Virus record (IMG/VR): IMGVR_UViG_3300045988_060821
Location: 80,819-144,818 of that record
Strand: one strand, 5' to 3'
Source of the DNA: a virus
Length of the DNA: 64,000 bases
The notes beneath the pieces were generated by a model. The model worked only from the letters and a program-made list of their open reading frames with translations. It made no database searches and had not been told where the DNA came from. Positions 1 through 12,977 of this stretch are shown here, piece by piece. The translations under genes were made by a program, and so were the position numbers. Each line of letters begins with the position of its first letter. Positions within the stretch are counted from its first letter, which is position 1.

Positions 1-2457
1 CAAGCTGAGGCAGCGTTACTGCCAAGCTATCAAGAAGAGTGGAATTCTCTTAAAGAGCTTTATGAAAGCACTACAGATGACGCAGATAGACGAGCTATCA
101 TGGATGAAATCAAGAGCTTGCAAGGTAACATCGTGGATTCCGCGAAAGCTATCGCGGAATGGGCAAATTCTATTGAGGACATTGTCCCAGATGCTGTTGA
201 TGCGGCTTCTGAGAGATTTGCAGCATTTACTGATCAGTTAGAGCATAATACTTCTGTACTAGATACTATTAAAGAGCTTTATACTCTACAGGGTGTAACT
301 TATAAGACTGCGGAAGGATTTAATCGTCTCCAAAAGAATAGCCAAGAAAAACTAAACGCTCAGCTAACATCCGCTAAACTGCAAAGAGGTTGGTACGAAT
401 AGGCTGCTCAGAGATTAGAAGAAGCACAAGCAAAACTCGATTCTCTTGGCGGCGATGAAACTGATTTGCGTTATGATGCTTATAAGAAAGCAAGAGACGC
501 ATATCTAGAGGAGTTTAATGAAGCTCAAGAAGCTTATCTATCTTCTGCTAAAGAAGCAATGGAGACAGCGCAAGATATGTATCTCCAGCAAATTGAGAAA
601 GCGGTTTATGAATTTGGTCAAGCCGTATCCAATGGTGTTGGTCTTGACTTACTACAAGATAAGTACGATCATTATATCGAGCAAAATGAACGCTACTTTG
701 ATAAAGTAAATGAAGCATATCAAGTATCTGCTTGGTATAACAAACTTCAGCAAGACATCGACAATACCACTAACTCCGCGCATAAAGAAAGATTAAAAGC
801 TCTCCAAGAAGAGATTAATCAACGCAGAGAAGGTAATAAGTTATCTCAGTATGACCTTGATATTCTCAATGCTAAATACCAGGTATTACAGGCTTAGATG
901 GCTCTTGAGGATGCTCAAAACGCTAAGAACCAAATTCAGTTAGTAAGAGACAGTCAAGGTAACTGGAACTACCAATATACTGCTAACCAAGATGATATAG
1001 CCAATGCTTAGCAAAATCTTCTTGACGCAGAGAATGATTGGTATAATATCGCTAAACAACAGGTAACTGATGTAACGGGCGAGATTGTTTCCACTTGGCA
1101 AGAGTGTCAGGATAAGATTAAAGACATCTACTCCGATATGACACTTACTGACGAAGAACGCTCCGCGCAGGCGCAAGAAATCTATAAGTATTATAGCGAA
1201 AAGATTAAGTATCTCGAAGAAGAGAAGCAAAACGCGATCGCTGATATGACAGAAGCAGGTAATAAGAACCTGATTGATAACGCGATTATCACAGGTGATA
1301 CTATTACCGACTTAACTGGCATTACCACAGAAGAATTGAAGCAATTAGTAGCCGATTCTGGTGAAAGTATTGCTGATATTTTGATGAAGAATAGCGAACA
1401 GCTAAAAGAGATTGCGGGCAACAATACCGATCTTATCGACAAGTTCAATAATACTTATGCCAAGGATCTTGACGACATGACTCAAAATACAACGAATTTT
1501 GAGGATGAACTCCGCAAGTTATTAGATCAAGCACAGCAAGATTTTGATAACTATAAGGATAAGGTTCAAAATGTTGCTTCTGAAACTGGTACTACTCTTG
1601 ATAATTTGGCACAAGAAACTGATAAGGTTTCCGAAGCTACAGATCAATTAAGAGAACGCGGCGATGAAGCTAAGGATACTCTGTGGGATATGATTGATGC
1701 AGCTCAAAACGCTTCTGACGGTTATTTAGAGTTGGCGCAATCCATCTGGGATACCGTTGAAGCATTGCGTGCTCTTGCTTCTCAACAAGCTCAATTTGCA
1801 GCATCTTCTTCTTCTAAAGGCAATTCTAGTAAGGGTTATGATCCAAATACCGATTATTCTGGTGTTATTATGGATGGTATTGCTAATGGATGGTTAGAAT
1901 ATGGAAGTAAAGAATATAAAGAATTAACAAGCCAACGTGAAAATAAAATTGATGATATGGGATTAACAAAAGAATATTTTGGAACTCGTGGCGATGCGGC
2001 AGATAACCGTTATAAAGATTCTACTTCTGTTGGTCAATATGAAAGTGAAGAAGAATGGAAGAAAAAAATGCAAGCATTGGGCGTTCCTGGGTTTGCTACT
2101 GGTGGATATACTGGTATATTTGATGATGCGAAACTCGCTTTCCTTCACCAAAAGGAATTGGTGTTAAATCAAAGTGATACCGAGAATATTCTCGCGGCAG
2201 TTCAAGCTGTAAGAACTATTGGTACGGATTTGTTTAAGTCTATTGAGAAATCTCTTGATGGTAATGCGATTGCGGCAATGGCTCTTATGGGTCAGAAGCT
2301 CAATCCAGTCGCTACTACACCAATTCAAGATTCTATTGAGCAAACTGTTCATATTGATAAAGTAGAGTTCCCGAATGTGACTAGCCGCACTGAAATTGAG
2401 GAAGCATTTATTAGTCTTACTAATGATGCTGCACAGTGGGCCAGAAGAAAGACTTAA
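1..2457 (+). CDS. Tail tape-measure-like coiled-coil structural protein (5' partial). One continuous frame with recoded TAG at 400-402, 895-897 and 1009-1011.
   Basis: ORF-track pieces 100-402, 466-897 and 1138-2457 are all in the same frame. The only interruptions are TAG. It ends in a TAATAA double stop at 2455-2460, followed by a hairpin. The protein is long, Ala/Gln/Glu-rich and coiled-coil with a Gly-rich C-terminal region, as is typical of tape-measure proteins. Confidence 0.5.
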
Positions 2458-2460
2458 TAA

Positions 2461-2485
2461 GGAGAGCTTTTTAGCTCTCCTTATT
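2461..2485 (+). terminator. Rho-independent terminator (GGAGAGCT-TTTT-AGCTCTCC hairpin plus T-rich tail).
   Basis: Perfect 8-bp inverted repeat immediately after the TAATAA stop. Confidence 0.7.
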
Positions 2486-2507
2486 AAAGGAGTGAAAGGA
2501 GATAAAC

Positions 2508-5500
2508 ATGAATAATATATCTGAACAGCTATTACAGGCTATGGATATTATTACGGAAGAAAAGGTAAGATAGTTAAAATATGATAAAACTATCCAAGCC
2601 ACCGTTTATTCTATTGTAGATGTAGATACTGGAGAATACAAAGTTAGATATAACGGCAACATCTTTTCCGCGTTTAGCGAGGATACTAGTAAAAGCTATT
2701 CTATTAAAGATGTGGTTTATGTCAAAGTGCCAGAAGGTAATTTCTCTAACAAGAAGTTGATTACTTCCTTGGTGACTGCGAAGTCTTTATCCAATGCTTA
2801 GTTATCCGATTTAACTAACTCTGTATTTGAAGTATCTCCTACTTTTGATGCATTGTATGATGGAGCTTATGACGCTTCACAAAGTTACGGAGTAATTGCG
2901 GGAACGCCAGTTGGAGAGATCGGAAGTTCTATTTATATTTTTCAAAATAGTGAGGAATATGAGTAGAATGGATATCACGGTTTATTTCAACAATACTCTA
3001 ACAATTATGAGTATATCCGCCTAAAAGCATCTTTCTTAACTCAGTTCCATAATGTCCATAATCAAGGTAATTATGGCATTGAGGTTGAGTTCTATACCAA
3101 GGATAATAGTAGCGTAAAATATAGATTAGATCTCTAGAACTTTAATGGTAATCCTTATGGATTCTCAGTCTACTCTCCGTAGTAGATTATCCTTAAGGCG
3201 CAGAAGAACTATTTAATGGGACTTAAATCTATTAGACTCTTTGAAGAAGACTTTGTCTATGATAAAATTGTTAAGAATGGCATAGTTACAGATAAAGAGA
3301 ATAGAACTGTTGCTAATATTTTTGTAAAAGATATTTCCCTTTAGTATGTTGATATGCAGGATTTAAGTGATACGACCTATTATCTCATGATTTCTGCCCC
3401 CAAAGGTATTGCCTTTACGGATAAAGTATCTAGCTTGAATTTAGTTGGACGCTTAATTTATAATGGCGAAGACATTATGGATAGTAAGAAATGTGTTTGT
3501 CAATGGTATGAGAGAGACTTAAGCGTGGTTGTTGGTAGCGATGAATATAGCAAGTCCGCAGGTTTCGGATGGAGGAAAATTGACGGGCAAACATCTAGCT
3601 CTCTTACTCTTGATGCAACTGATATTCTATATCAATAGAAGTATAAATTAGTAGTCGTCTATAATGATAGCATTACTCTAACTGCGGAAATCGCTGTATG
3701 GAATCGTAATGCAAGTTATGATTATTCTATTGAGCAAGTTACTGATGGTGCTGATATTAAACTACAGATTAGAAATAATGTTGATAGTGAGTCTTTGGTG
3801 GGAGATTGGTATTTATCTTATCCAGATAATAGTTACAGCTCTGTGCCGGAAGGAGAAAAGAAGTCCGAGATTGTCGTAAGTTCTTATTTGCAATACAGTT
3901 CTGTGACTTTCTATTGCATGGTATATAATTCTGCGGGAGAGTTTATCGGAACTTTAGAACATACTATTGTGAATAGTGAGAGCGAAGATGATGTAACTAT
4001 TAGTTACATCGGTGAAGATTCCTTTAGATACGATGCTAATGGCGATATTTCTATTGAAGACGCAGAGAAAGAAAGAACTCTATAGGTTAATCTAGCATGG
4101 AAGGAAGGATTTGGTACTTCTTATTTCGTGTCTTGGTTAATGAAAGATGCGAATAATAAAGAGTACGAGATCCCTACCTCTAAAGAGCTTGCTTATAGTC
4201 CGGACAACTCTATGCTTGAGAATATTTGGGTTGACAAATATAATATTTTACACTACAATATTAAATAGAAGTATAGAGTTAATTTCAGTAATAATACAGT
4301 TATTATAAAAATAAGAACGATTACAGAATCTATTTATCTATTTAATAAAGAGATTCTTTGTTTGAAAGATGGCGACTAGGGAACTAATGGTACTACCTAT
4401 ATTACCGCGATTCGTCCATGTAATTCAGACGGCGTAAAGTTAAGTGGATTACAGCCTTTAAGATATAATAATGGATGGACTAATGATATTAGGGTTCGTT
4501 GTTATGTTTATAAAGATGGAGAATTGATTAACGGTAATAGTAAGTATTCTATTACATATAAATGGCAAGGAACAAATGTCACAGTAGAGAACAAAGAAAT
4601 GGTTACTGATTCCGTTGATCGAGTTCTAGTGCGCGGTATACCTACGATTTCCGCAGATACCCCTAATGCAGAGTTAGCTTTCTATGTGAGAGTTCAAGTT
4701 ACTATTAAAGATGATAATAGCTCGGTTGATATCTACGCTTCTTATCCTCTTGATGTTATCGTTGGTTCTACCTTGGCGAGTGCTATTGATATTGATACTA
4801 TTCCGTCTTATATCAAATATAATTCTTCTGGTTTAACTCCCTCTTTCTATAGTAACGATATTAACTTCTATTATAATGATGTAGCTTATAATGATAACAT
4901 TACCTCGTTAAACACCAATATCCTTACTATTAAGACAGATAATGGTAAGAAATATTTAGAACCAGCTTCTAGCTTTATCTTTGAGAATATTAAGGATAAT
5001 GATTAGAGCAATATCGGTGTATTAAATCTTGCTATTCCAAATAGTAACGATAGATTAATTCATCCAATTATTATGTATCTTGATACTTATGGTAATGAAG
5101 CTATCAACGGTTGGGATGGAACAGCTCTTGATACTGGCGATGGAGAATATGTATTCGCTCCACAGGTTGGTGCAGGAACAAAAGATAGCCAAAATAGATT
5201 TACAGGCGTAGTCATGGGTAAAGATAGTGGCCAAGATAAAGTGGGTTTATATGGCTATCAGGAGGGCGTTAATACTTTCGGTTTAATGGAAGACGGTACC
5301 GCGTTCTTCGGAGCTTCTAGCGGAGGCGGCCGCATTGAGATTAACGGTAAATCTGGTTCTATTAAAGGCGGCGGTGGAGGAAATAATTCCACTGGTATGA
5401 CTATCAATTTTGCCGATCTTAATCCTGGCAATAATACTACTGCAATCAAGATAGGTGGAGGAGTTTTTGAAGTTACATATAATGGTGCTTTAAAAGCAAC

Positions 5501-6398
5501 CTCTGCGACTATTGAAGGTTAGATTTTTGCTCAGTCTGGTAAGATTGGTTGTACTAGCAGAAATAGTAATGATGGTTGGACTATCGAGAAGAATAAATTA
5601 TATAGCGGAAGTGGAGCAACAAGAGTAGAACTAAATAGTGATAAGGATGAAGAGTTTGCTATTTGGGCTGGTGCTACAAGTTCAACTTCTGCAAAAGATA
5701 GCTATTTTGCAGTTTCTAAAAAAGGTTCTCTCTACGCTAAGCAAGGTAATATTGGCGGATGGATTCTTAAGAGTAAATCTCTTTCTAGCAATAACAATAA
5801 AATTGGTATGGCTAGCTCTGGTTCTTATGTATTTTGGTCTGGTGCAAATACCGGTAATCCAGGTGATACTCCAGATTTTAGCAATAGTGGTACCTACTTC
5901 TATGTTACTAATGGCGGAAAACTCTCTTGTAAGAACGCAGAAGTGCGTGGTAACATTACCGCAGATAGCCTTGAATGTGATAATGGTGAGATCGGTGGAT
6001 GGACTATTAGTAGTAATTCTCTACGAGGCGGAAGCACTTATCTATATTCTAGTGGTCGAATTGTTTGTGATGACCTTAACTGTGATGGTGGCAATATCGG
6101 TGGATGGACAATTGGAGAAGATTCAATTTCTGCTAGTGGCACTATTTTACAAAGTGATGGTAACATTTATACTAGGTTAGGTAGAATTGGTCTGGTCGAA
6201 GGAGAAGATAGCCAAGGTACTACTTATAACTTTGGAATGTAGGCAACTGGCGGTAATGGAAGTGTTATCATTCAAACGACATATGGCAATGGTAACGTAG
6301 CTCTACGTGCCGCGAATTATATTATCTTAAATGGTAATAGACTTACTTGCACAGTGCCAGCAGCTAATCAGTCTGGTATTTATGCAAGATTTGCTTAA
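2508..6398 (+). CDS. Giant virion structural protein (about 1296 aa) with about 13 in-frame TAG codons. The C-terminal half carries repeated GxIGGW(T/I)I motifs (tail fibre or baseplate-spike-like).
   Basis: SD box AAAGGAGTGAAAGGAG then ATG at 2508. ORF-track pieces 3354-3638, 3795-4085, 4524-5006, 5073-5522 and 5808-6242 are all congruent with frame 2508. No TAA or TGA occurs until TAA at 6396-6398. Confidence 0.65.
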
Positions 6399-6411
6399 GG
6401 AGGGATAAATA

Positions 6412-7243
6412 ATGCCGAGTGCTTCTCTTACTTTTGTCAGTGCAAGTCGTTCTAGTGTGCAAATTGAGTATGATGGAAGTGGGTGGAATATCCCTGCCAA
6501 TGGGCCTGAACACAGTTCTGGATGGTCTACTATAACAAGTACTGATACTAGACAAGTTCAGTAGAAAACTGTCACTCAGGTAGTTTATGATGTTGCTGGT
6601 TGTACTACTACTTGGCATTGGAGTTTTAGTGGTGGTAATGGTGGTTCTAGTTCTGTTAAGACTGAAACCATTACCATTGGTGGAATGACAGCAGGATCGA
6701 GAGGTAGTGTCACAGGAAGGCTCTCAGCTACAAGAAGTGCAAAACAAAAAAAAGAAGTTTATACACGCACTCGAACTCGTACTAAAACGACAGTAAAAGA
6801 TGATAAAGGAAATACTACTACTAAGTATGGAGAGTGGAGCGATTGGAGTGAATCGGGTCCAAGAACAACATATAGCTCTGCTAGCAGTAAAAATTTAGGC
6901 TCTGCATCTGATACTTTGGTATTTTATACTAAGCCAGCTGAGTTTTCATGGGGTAGTGGTGTAGACACTGATAAAACTATTTAGGTATCTGGTGGACTTT
7001 CAGCTAGTAAGTGGAATACCTTGGTTGCTAGAGTAGAATAGCGGAAGAACTGGGAAAATTAGTCTGGCAGAGCTAATTATAGTGATGCGGAGGTTAGCTC
7101 TGGTGAATTAGTAACAGCCGCTAAATATAATATTTTAGCTAGAGCACTTGGCGTAAGCCAAGTGACAGCACACACAGATAGAACTACCGGTACACTTATT
7201 ACTGCTAGCGTATTTATTGCATTATAGACTGCGGTTAATGCAT
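6412..7243 (+). CDS. Ser/Thr-rich virion-associated protein (about 277 aa) with recoded TAGs; the stop is TGA.
   Basis: SD box TAAGGAGGG then ATG at 6412. Piece 6685-6984 is in the same frame. TGA at 7241-7243. Confidence 0.5.
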
Positions 7244-7261
7244 GAGCTAAAGGAGATAACC

Positions 7262-7623
7262 ATGTTAAATAAAGATATTGTCACGATGTACCGTGGGTTA
7301 ACAAGCTTGGCTTCCGATCTGGAAACCAAGCTTCCCGCGAAGGTATCATTTGCTATTGTTAGGAATATTAAGCTTTTAACTCCTATTGTTGAAGATATTG
7401 ATTTTGCTCGTCAATCAGTTGCAGCAACTTATGGAGTAGAAGTCGATGGTGGATACAGTATTCCTGAATAGCAAATAGATACAGTTAATTAGGAGTTAAC
7501 TGCGATTGCGGAAACAGAAGTTGATGTTCCTATTGTTAAAGTTAAAATGTCAGATATTGAGAACTTGAATATCTCTGTTGGTATCGCAGAAGCTCTTGAG
7601 TTTATGATAGAGGAAGAGGTTTA
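7262..7623 (+). CDS. Small structural-module protein (about 120 aa, 2 recoded TAG).
   Basis: SD box AAAGGAGATAACC then ATG at 7262. TAA at 7621-7623 sits inside a terminator hairpin. Confidence 0.45.
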
Positions 7624-7647
7624 AGTCTCTTCCTCTTTTCTTTTTGC
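7609..7647 (+). terminator. Rho-independent terminator (GAGGAAGAGG / CTCTTCCTC stem, T-run).
   Basis: 10-bp inverted repeat followed by TTTTCTTTTTGC. Confidence 0.65.
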
Positions 7648-7721
7648 TTGGACGGATTTAATTATCTTAACCAAAGCAATTTTTATAATATATAGAGTTA
7701 GAGAAAAAGGAGGCGCGGAAT

Positions 7722-10463
7722 ATGCCAATTAGTATTTATCCGCCTACTTTATAGAGTACATAGCCTGCATTTTTAGCCACTACGCCGGACTATGAAATCA
7801 AATATACTCTATAGAAGGTGACAAGTGCCGAGACTATTAAACATATTCAAATTCGAGTAGTTGAATAGCGCTCAAATTCTAGCATTGTAAATACTTCGAA
7901 ATACCCAGACAATATTATCTATAAGAATGTGGATTTGACTAAAGAGTCTAGCCCTTATGGAATTAAAATCCTAACTGCGGACTTGCGGAAATCTTGGTCA
8001 CCAGGCGTGTGTTATAAGATTCAGTTACGCTTTGGATCTACTAGCTTTCCTACTGACTTAAGTTCTTTTGCCGCATGGAAGAAAGAATAGATTAACAATC
8101 AGACTTTCTCTGAGTGGTCTACTGTCATGATCATTAAAGCTATCGCGCAACCAGAAATTTATATCGAGAATGCCGGTACTTTAAGAACAGATGTTATTGC
8201 TAGTAAGTAGACAGAGGCTAGCTTAACTCCATTATTTGTAGGAGATTATATTGATAATGCTTCTGAGGAACCGTTGGAGAAATATAAGTTTGATCTATAT
8301 GATGAAACTGGAACGGATTTAATCGAGTCATCAGATTGGATTCAAGCAGTTAGCGGTAAGAATAACTCTTATCGGTTTAAGACTATGTTGACAAATAACG
8401 AGTCTTATAAAGTTTATTTTTCTATTGTAACGCGCAACGGATATGAAGCAAGAGTATTCTATGACTTCCAAGCTGTTAAAGTATATTTAGAAGCATTAGA
8501 AGGCGTAACAATGCGTGTAGATGATACAGATGTCTATTGTCGTGAAAACGGTTGTATGCGAATTTATCTAACCGCAAAGAATCCATTAACTGGATGTTAT
8601 GTACTTACTCGTGCATCTGAGGAGAGTAATTATCAAGTATATGAGGATTTAAAGTATTTTAATTACTTTGAAGAAACTCTTAATGATAACCTAATTTATA
8701 CAGATTTTATTATCGAGAGTGGCGTCAAATACAAGTATGCTTTCTAGTATCAAAACTCTCAAGGATTGCGGAGCGCGCCTTTGCAAGAAAGTGGTTCTCC
8801 TATTCCAGCGAGAAGTGTTGACTTTGAATACTCTTATCTATATAGAGATGGAGTATAGTTGCGTTTGAAGTATAATCAAAAGCTCAGTAGCTTTAAGCAT
8901 ACGGTACTAGCGAGCAAGCAAGATACCCTCGGAGACCAATTCCCGCATTTAGCGAAGAATGGTTATGCTTATTATGCCGAGTTTCCAATTAGCGGTTTAA
9001 TTAGCTTCTAGATGGATGAAGACTAGACCTTTTTTACTTTAGGGACAGATGGTTATTATTATAATAATGAGTTGGTAATCCCTAAAGATAAGTTTAGTAT
9101 GTCTACTGCGGCGAGAGGAGAGATTACAGCTCCTTCTTATCTTGCTATTGATACTAATATTACCGATGATAATATTTTTATAGAGCGTAAGTTTAGAGAG
9201 AAAGCTGAATAGTTCCTTAATGACTTTACTTATAAACTCTATAAATCTCCAACTGAGGGAAACATTATTGTTGGCCTAATGAATGTATCAATGACACCTA
9301 ATGCATCCCTAGGGCGTATGATTTTTGAGTTCTCTGCTACTGCTTATGAAGTTTTAGAGAATACGCTTGAAAATCTTAACGAGATTGGCATTACTGATAT
9401 TGGAGTTTTTAGTAATGAAGTATCTACCGAAGAACAATCTGCATTTGGTCAGATTAGTGGTATCTATTCAGGATGTCCTGAAGGAGATGATATCTATGCT
9501 TTAATTAAGCAATAGGAAGAGATTGCTGTTGGCGATGGTCGATATAAGTTGTCTCTTATTAATGTCGATTCCTTCTGGATTGAGAGATATCCAACTATTG
9601 ACTTTGATGGTAAGATTTATGAGTTAGAGGCAAAGAAGGCTGAACAAGAGCAAGCTGGAGAAGATACTAAAGAGACAGAAGCTGAACTTACTCGTTGGGC
9701 GGCACTAAAAGAAGCCGCAAGTAATGCTCCATCTTCTGCGGTTAAACTTGCTGTTAATGGAACTGATATTATTGTAGCTCCAAATAGGTTATATAGTGTC
9801 AGAGAGGGCGTCAGCTCTTTAACTATGAAATCTGTTAAATATCCCATTATTGTGAATTATGTCTGCTCTTTAACAAGAGAAAGAAATGATGAAGTCGGTG
9901 AAGTAGAATCTATTGATACTTCCCGTATTTGGGGCTAGATTTCTGGTATCTTCAGCGGAACTGATAAAGTCTTAAAGAACTATAAGTATTACTATGGACC
10001 TGGCGAGACTCCGTATCGTATCTATAGTGATTCTACTGTGGAAGAAGATAAGTTGGGTCGTATCTTGGTAGATAATACGAACTATAATGTTTATAAGACT
10101 ATCAATCTATATGATATTATAGAAGAAGAAACTCGTAAGCAAGTAGAGTTTATCTATAATATTCAAGGTGGATTTGAGCAAGATGAAGATGGTAAATGGA
10201 CAGATGGAATTATCTATTATTCCTTCTCTGATATTACCTCCTTCGACATTGAAGCAGACCCGCAAACCATCCTATATATCGGCCAAGAAAAAGATGGTAG
10301 CGATAAGCATCCAGTTATGCTCGGTCCAACTGGTCGATATACCCTTAGCCCGATGGATGGTATGATTAAGTATATTGCTTTATAGAAACCACAATTTGCG
10401 GTTATTAACTATAAATGCCTAACCGCGCAGACAACAATGAAGTATAGCAAAGAAAGGAGTTAA
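7722..10463 (+). CDS. Large virion structural protein (about 913 aa) with many recoded TAG codons.
   Basis: SD box AAAAAGGAGG then ATG at 7722. Pieces 8274-8747, 9279-9515, 9549-9938 and 10038-10385 all share the frame. The first non-TAG stop is TAA at 10461-10463. Confidence 0.6.
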
Positions 10464-10468
10464 TATTC

Positions 10469-12372
10469 ATGTTTGAGTATCTTAATGACATGGATTTTCT
10501 AATCTAGTTAGATAAGTTGCATATGCGAGTACAGTATGCAAAAATTATTCTCCTTTCTTTCAAGGACGAAGAACCTATTAAAGAGATTTAGGGTTCTATC
10601 ACGAGTGGCAACTTGAGTGTTAATGGTTCTTCCGCAATTAGAAGAACCATTAACCTTACTATGCTTGCTTCTATTGATAATAGTAATCTTGAAGATATTG
10701 ATAACGAGATTTCTATTAACAAGAAGATTAAAGTCTTAATTGGTTATGACAATCCATTAAAGTCTTATAAGAACTATGGAGATATTATTTGGTTTCCTTG
10801 CGGCTTGTTTGTTTTATCCTCTGCTAATATTAGCCGCTCTACTAGTGGTTGGAATATTTCTATTACGGGTAAAGATAAGATGTGTTTATTAGACGGAACC
10901 GCAGGCGGCACTTTGCCGGCATCAATAACCTTTCATGAAAGTCTTGTTTAGCTTGATAATGGAGACGTAGAGATTCAATATCCTACTATCTTTCAAATTA
11001 TCTATGAAGCGGTAAATCACTGGGGTGGAGAAGCTATTGAGAATATTATCATTACTGACATTGATGAAGAGATTAAGATGTTAGTAAGATATATGGGAGA
11101 TAAGCCAGTATATTTCTCCAATGACTACTAGAGTTTAAGCTTTGAAGCGCAAGCAGATTATCCGCATATGTTTAGTTATGGACAAGATGTTGGATATAAG
11201 TATACCGACTTTACCTATCCAGGAGAGTTGGTATTAAATGCAGGAGACACGGTAGTAACTCTATTAGACAAGATTGTTAGCACTCTTGGCAATTATGAAT
11301 ATTTCTATAATATAGATGGCAAGTTCGTATTTCAAGAGATTAAGAATTATCTTAATACCGGTAGTCCTCTATTAGAGTTAAGTCCAGAAGACTATGTACG
11401 TTCATATAATAATGCAAAGTTTTTATACTCGCTTACCGATCTTGACACGACAACCGCGATTACCCGCAATCCTAAGTATGATAATGTGAAGAATGACTTT
11501 TATGTTTGGGGCAAGCGTAAGACTTCAACAGGCGTAGAGGTGTCTATCCGTTATCATCTTGCTATTGATGATAAGCCAGATATTGACTTAGCTATGTAGA
11601 ATATGTGGGAAGTCAAAGATAAAGAATCTAACCTTATTGTGCGTTATGATTTCAATACTCTTGATGAATACAGCGTGGATGGTTATGTAGTTACCTTAGT
11701 AGGTACTCCATGCGACGAGTGGAGAGAAGAGCTATACCGTCGTGCTCTTAATGCTTAGGTATCTAATAGTGTCTATGATAACTATTATGATTCAGAGCTA
11801 ATTGCGGAGTGGCGTAATCTATATAATCCAATGAACAAGAATTGGGATGCTACAAATCATTGGAACCCAGATGTATTTAATGACCCAGGTTCTATTAACT
11901 TCTGGCTAGATTTTATAGATACTAGTTCCGCTCTCGGTAAGTATTCTATTAAGAATATTGGCCGTAGGACTAAAGTCGTTAATAATAATGACATAAAAAC
12001 CGTATATAATAGCGAAGTTCCTGATGTTGTATTTATTGAAGGATTAGATTAGGACTTGATTGTTAAATATCAAGGGATTGGTTAGAGATTCTTTATTCTA
12101 ACCAATGAATACTATGATATGTTTTCAATAAGCACTACTGGAACTAGTTGCTTTGACCAAATTCGAGAAATGATGTATTAGAATTTATGTTATAATACTA
12201 CTATTTCTTTAACCTGTTTGCCGAAATATTATATAGAGCCTAATAATATAATTAGGGTTGAAGATAAAGATAGCAATATCTATGGTAATTATCAAATTAC
12301 TCAATATTCTCTACCTCTTACTTATAATGGCGCTATGAGTATTACTGCAACAGAAGTTTTAACACGAGTATA
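10469..12372 (+). CDS. Virion structural protein (about 634 aa, baseplate or tail-associated) with recoded TAGs.
   Basis: SD box AAAGGAG then ATG at 10469. Pieces 10613-10951, 11168-11599 and 11831-12052 are congruent. TAA at 12370-12372. Confidence 0.55.
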
Positions 12373-12386
12373 AGGAGGAGAGGGCG

Positions 12387-12965
12387 ATGTCTGCTATTGG
12401 ACAAATCTACTATCGTGTAGTAGATACAAGTAGCACTGGCGATGGAAAACATTATATTTCCTCTGGAATTGATATTTACAATGATATTGTAAGTGCTTCT
12501 AGTGCCAAATAGTTTACCAAAGTTGGTATTCAGGCTCCACCGGGAGCGCAAGTTGTCATGAATGCTAGCAAGACTATCATGATCGGCCGCACTGGTATTT
12601 ATGAGCTTGATGAAGATATTGTTATTACAAGTATGAAATTCGTTCGTCCTACAGTTTATATTAAAGACGAGGAAGAATCAGAAAGTAAGAAACAAGAAGG
12701 CGAGAAGATTATCAAGGAGGCTAAGGCGGCTCTTGAGGCCGCTATCGCTGCATTGGGAGAAGAGCCTACTGATCCAACTTCTGATGCTTATAAAACCTAT
12801 TGGAATGGATATAATGAAGCCAATGAGACTTACATTGCTGCATTTCAAAAAGGTAGTGCAATTTTAAATCAAGGTCTAAATGGAGTTTACAAGGAAGATA
12901 AAACTGTTGTTGGCGAGTTAGATAACGTGATTGTAGACTTTATTTACGATCCACTCTAGGGATAA
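12387..12965 (+). CDS. Hypothetical virion protein (about 192 aa, 2 TAG).
   Basis: SD box TAAGGAGGAG then ATG at 12387. Piece 12558-12959 is in frame. TAA at 12963-12965. Confidence 0.5.
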
Positions 12966-12977
12966 GGAGGTATAGAC

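Noticed and set aside
5638-6180. 180-aa plus-strand ORF, Leu/Val-rich and hydrophobic.
   Set aside because: It is an alternative frame inside the 2508-6398 structural gene. The real frame is the one congruent with all other fragments and the GGW repeats.
12073-12106. Inverted repeat TTGGTTAGAG...CTAACCAA inside gene 10469-12372.
   Set aside because: It lies within a continuous coding frame. It is probably incidental or a minor RNA structure, so it is not annotated as a terminator.
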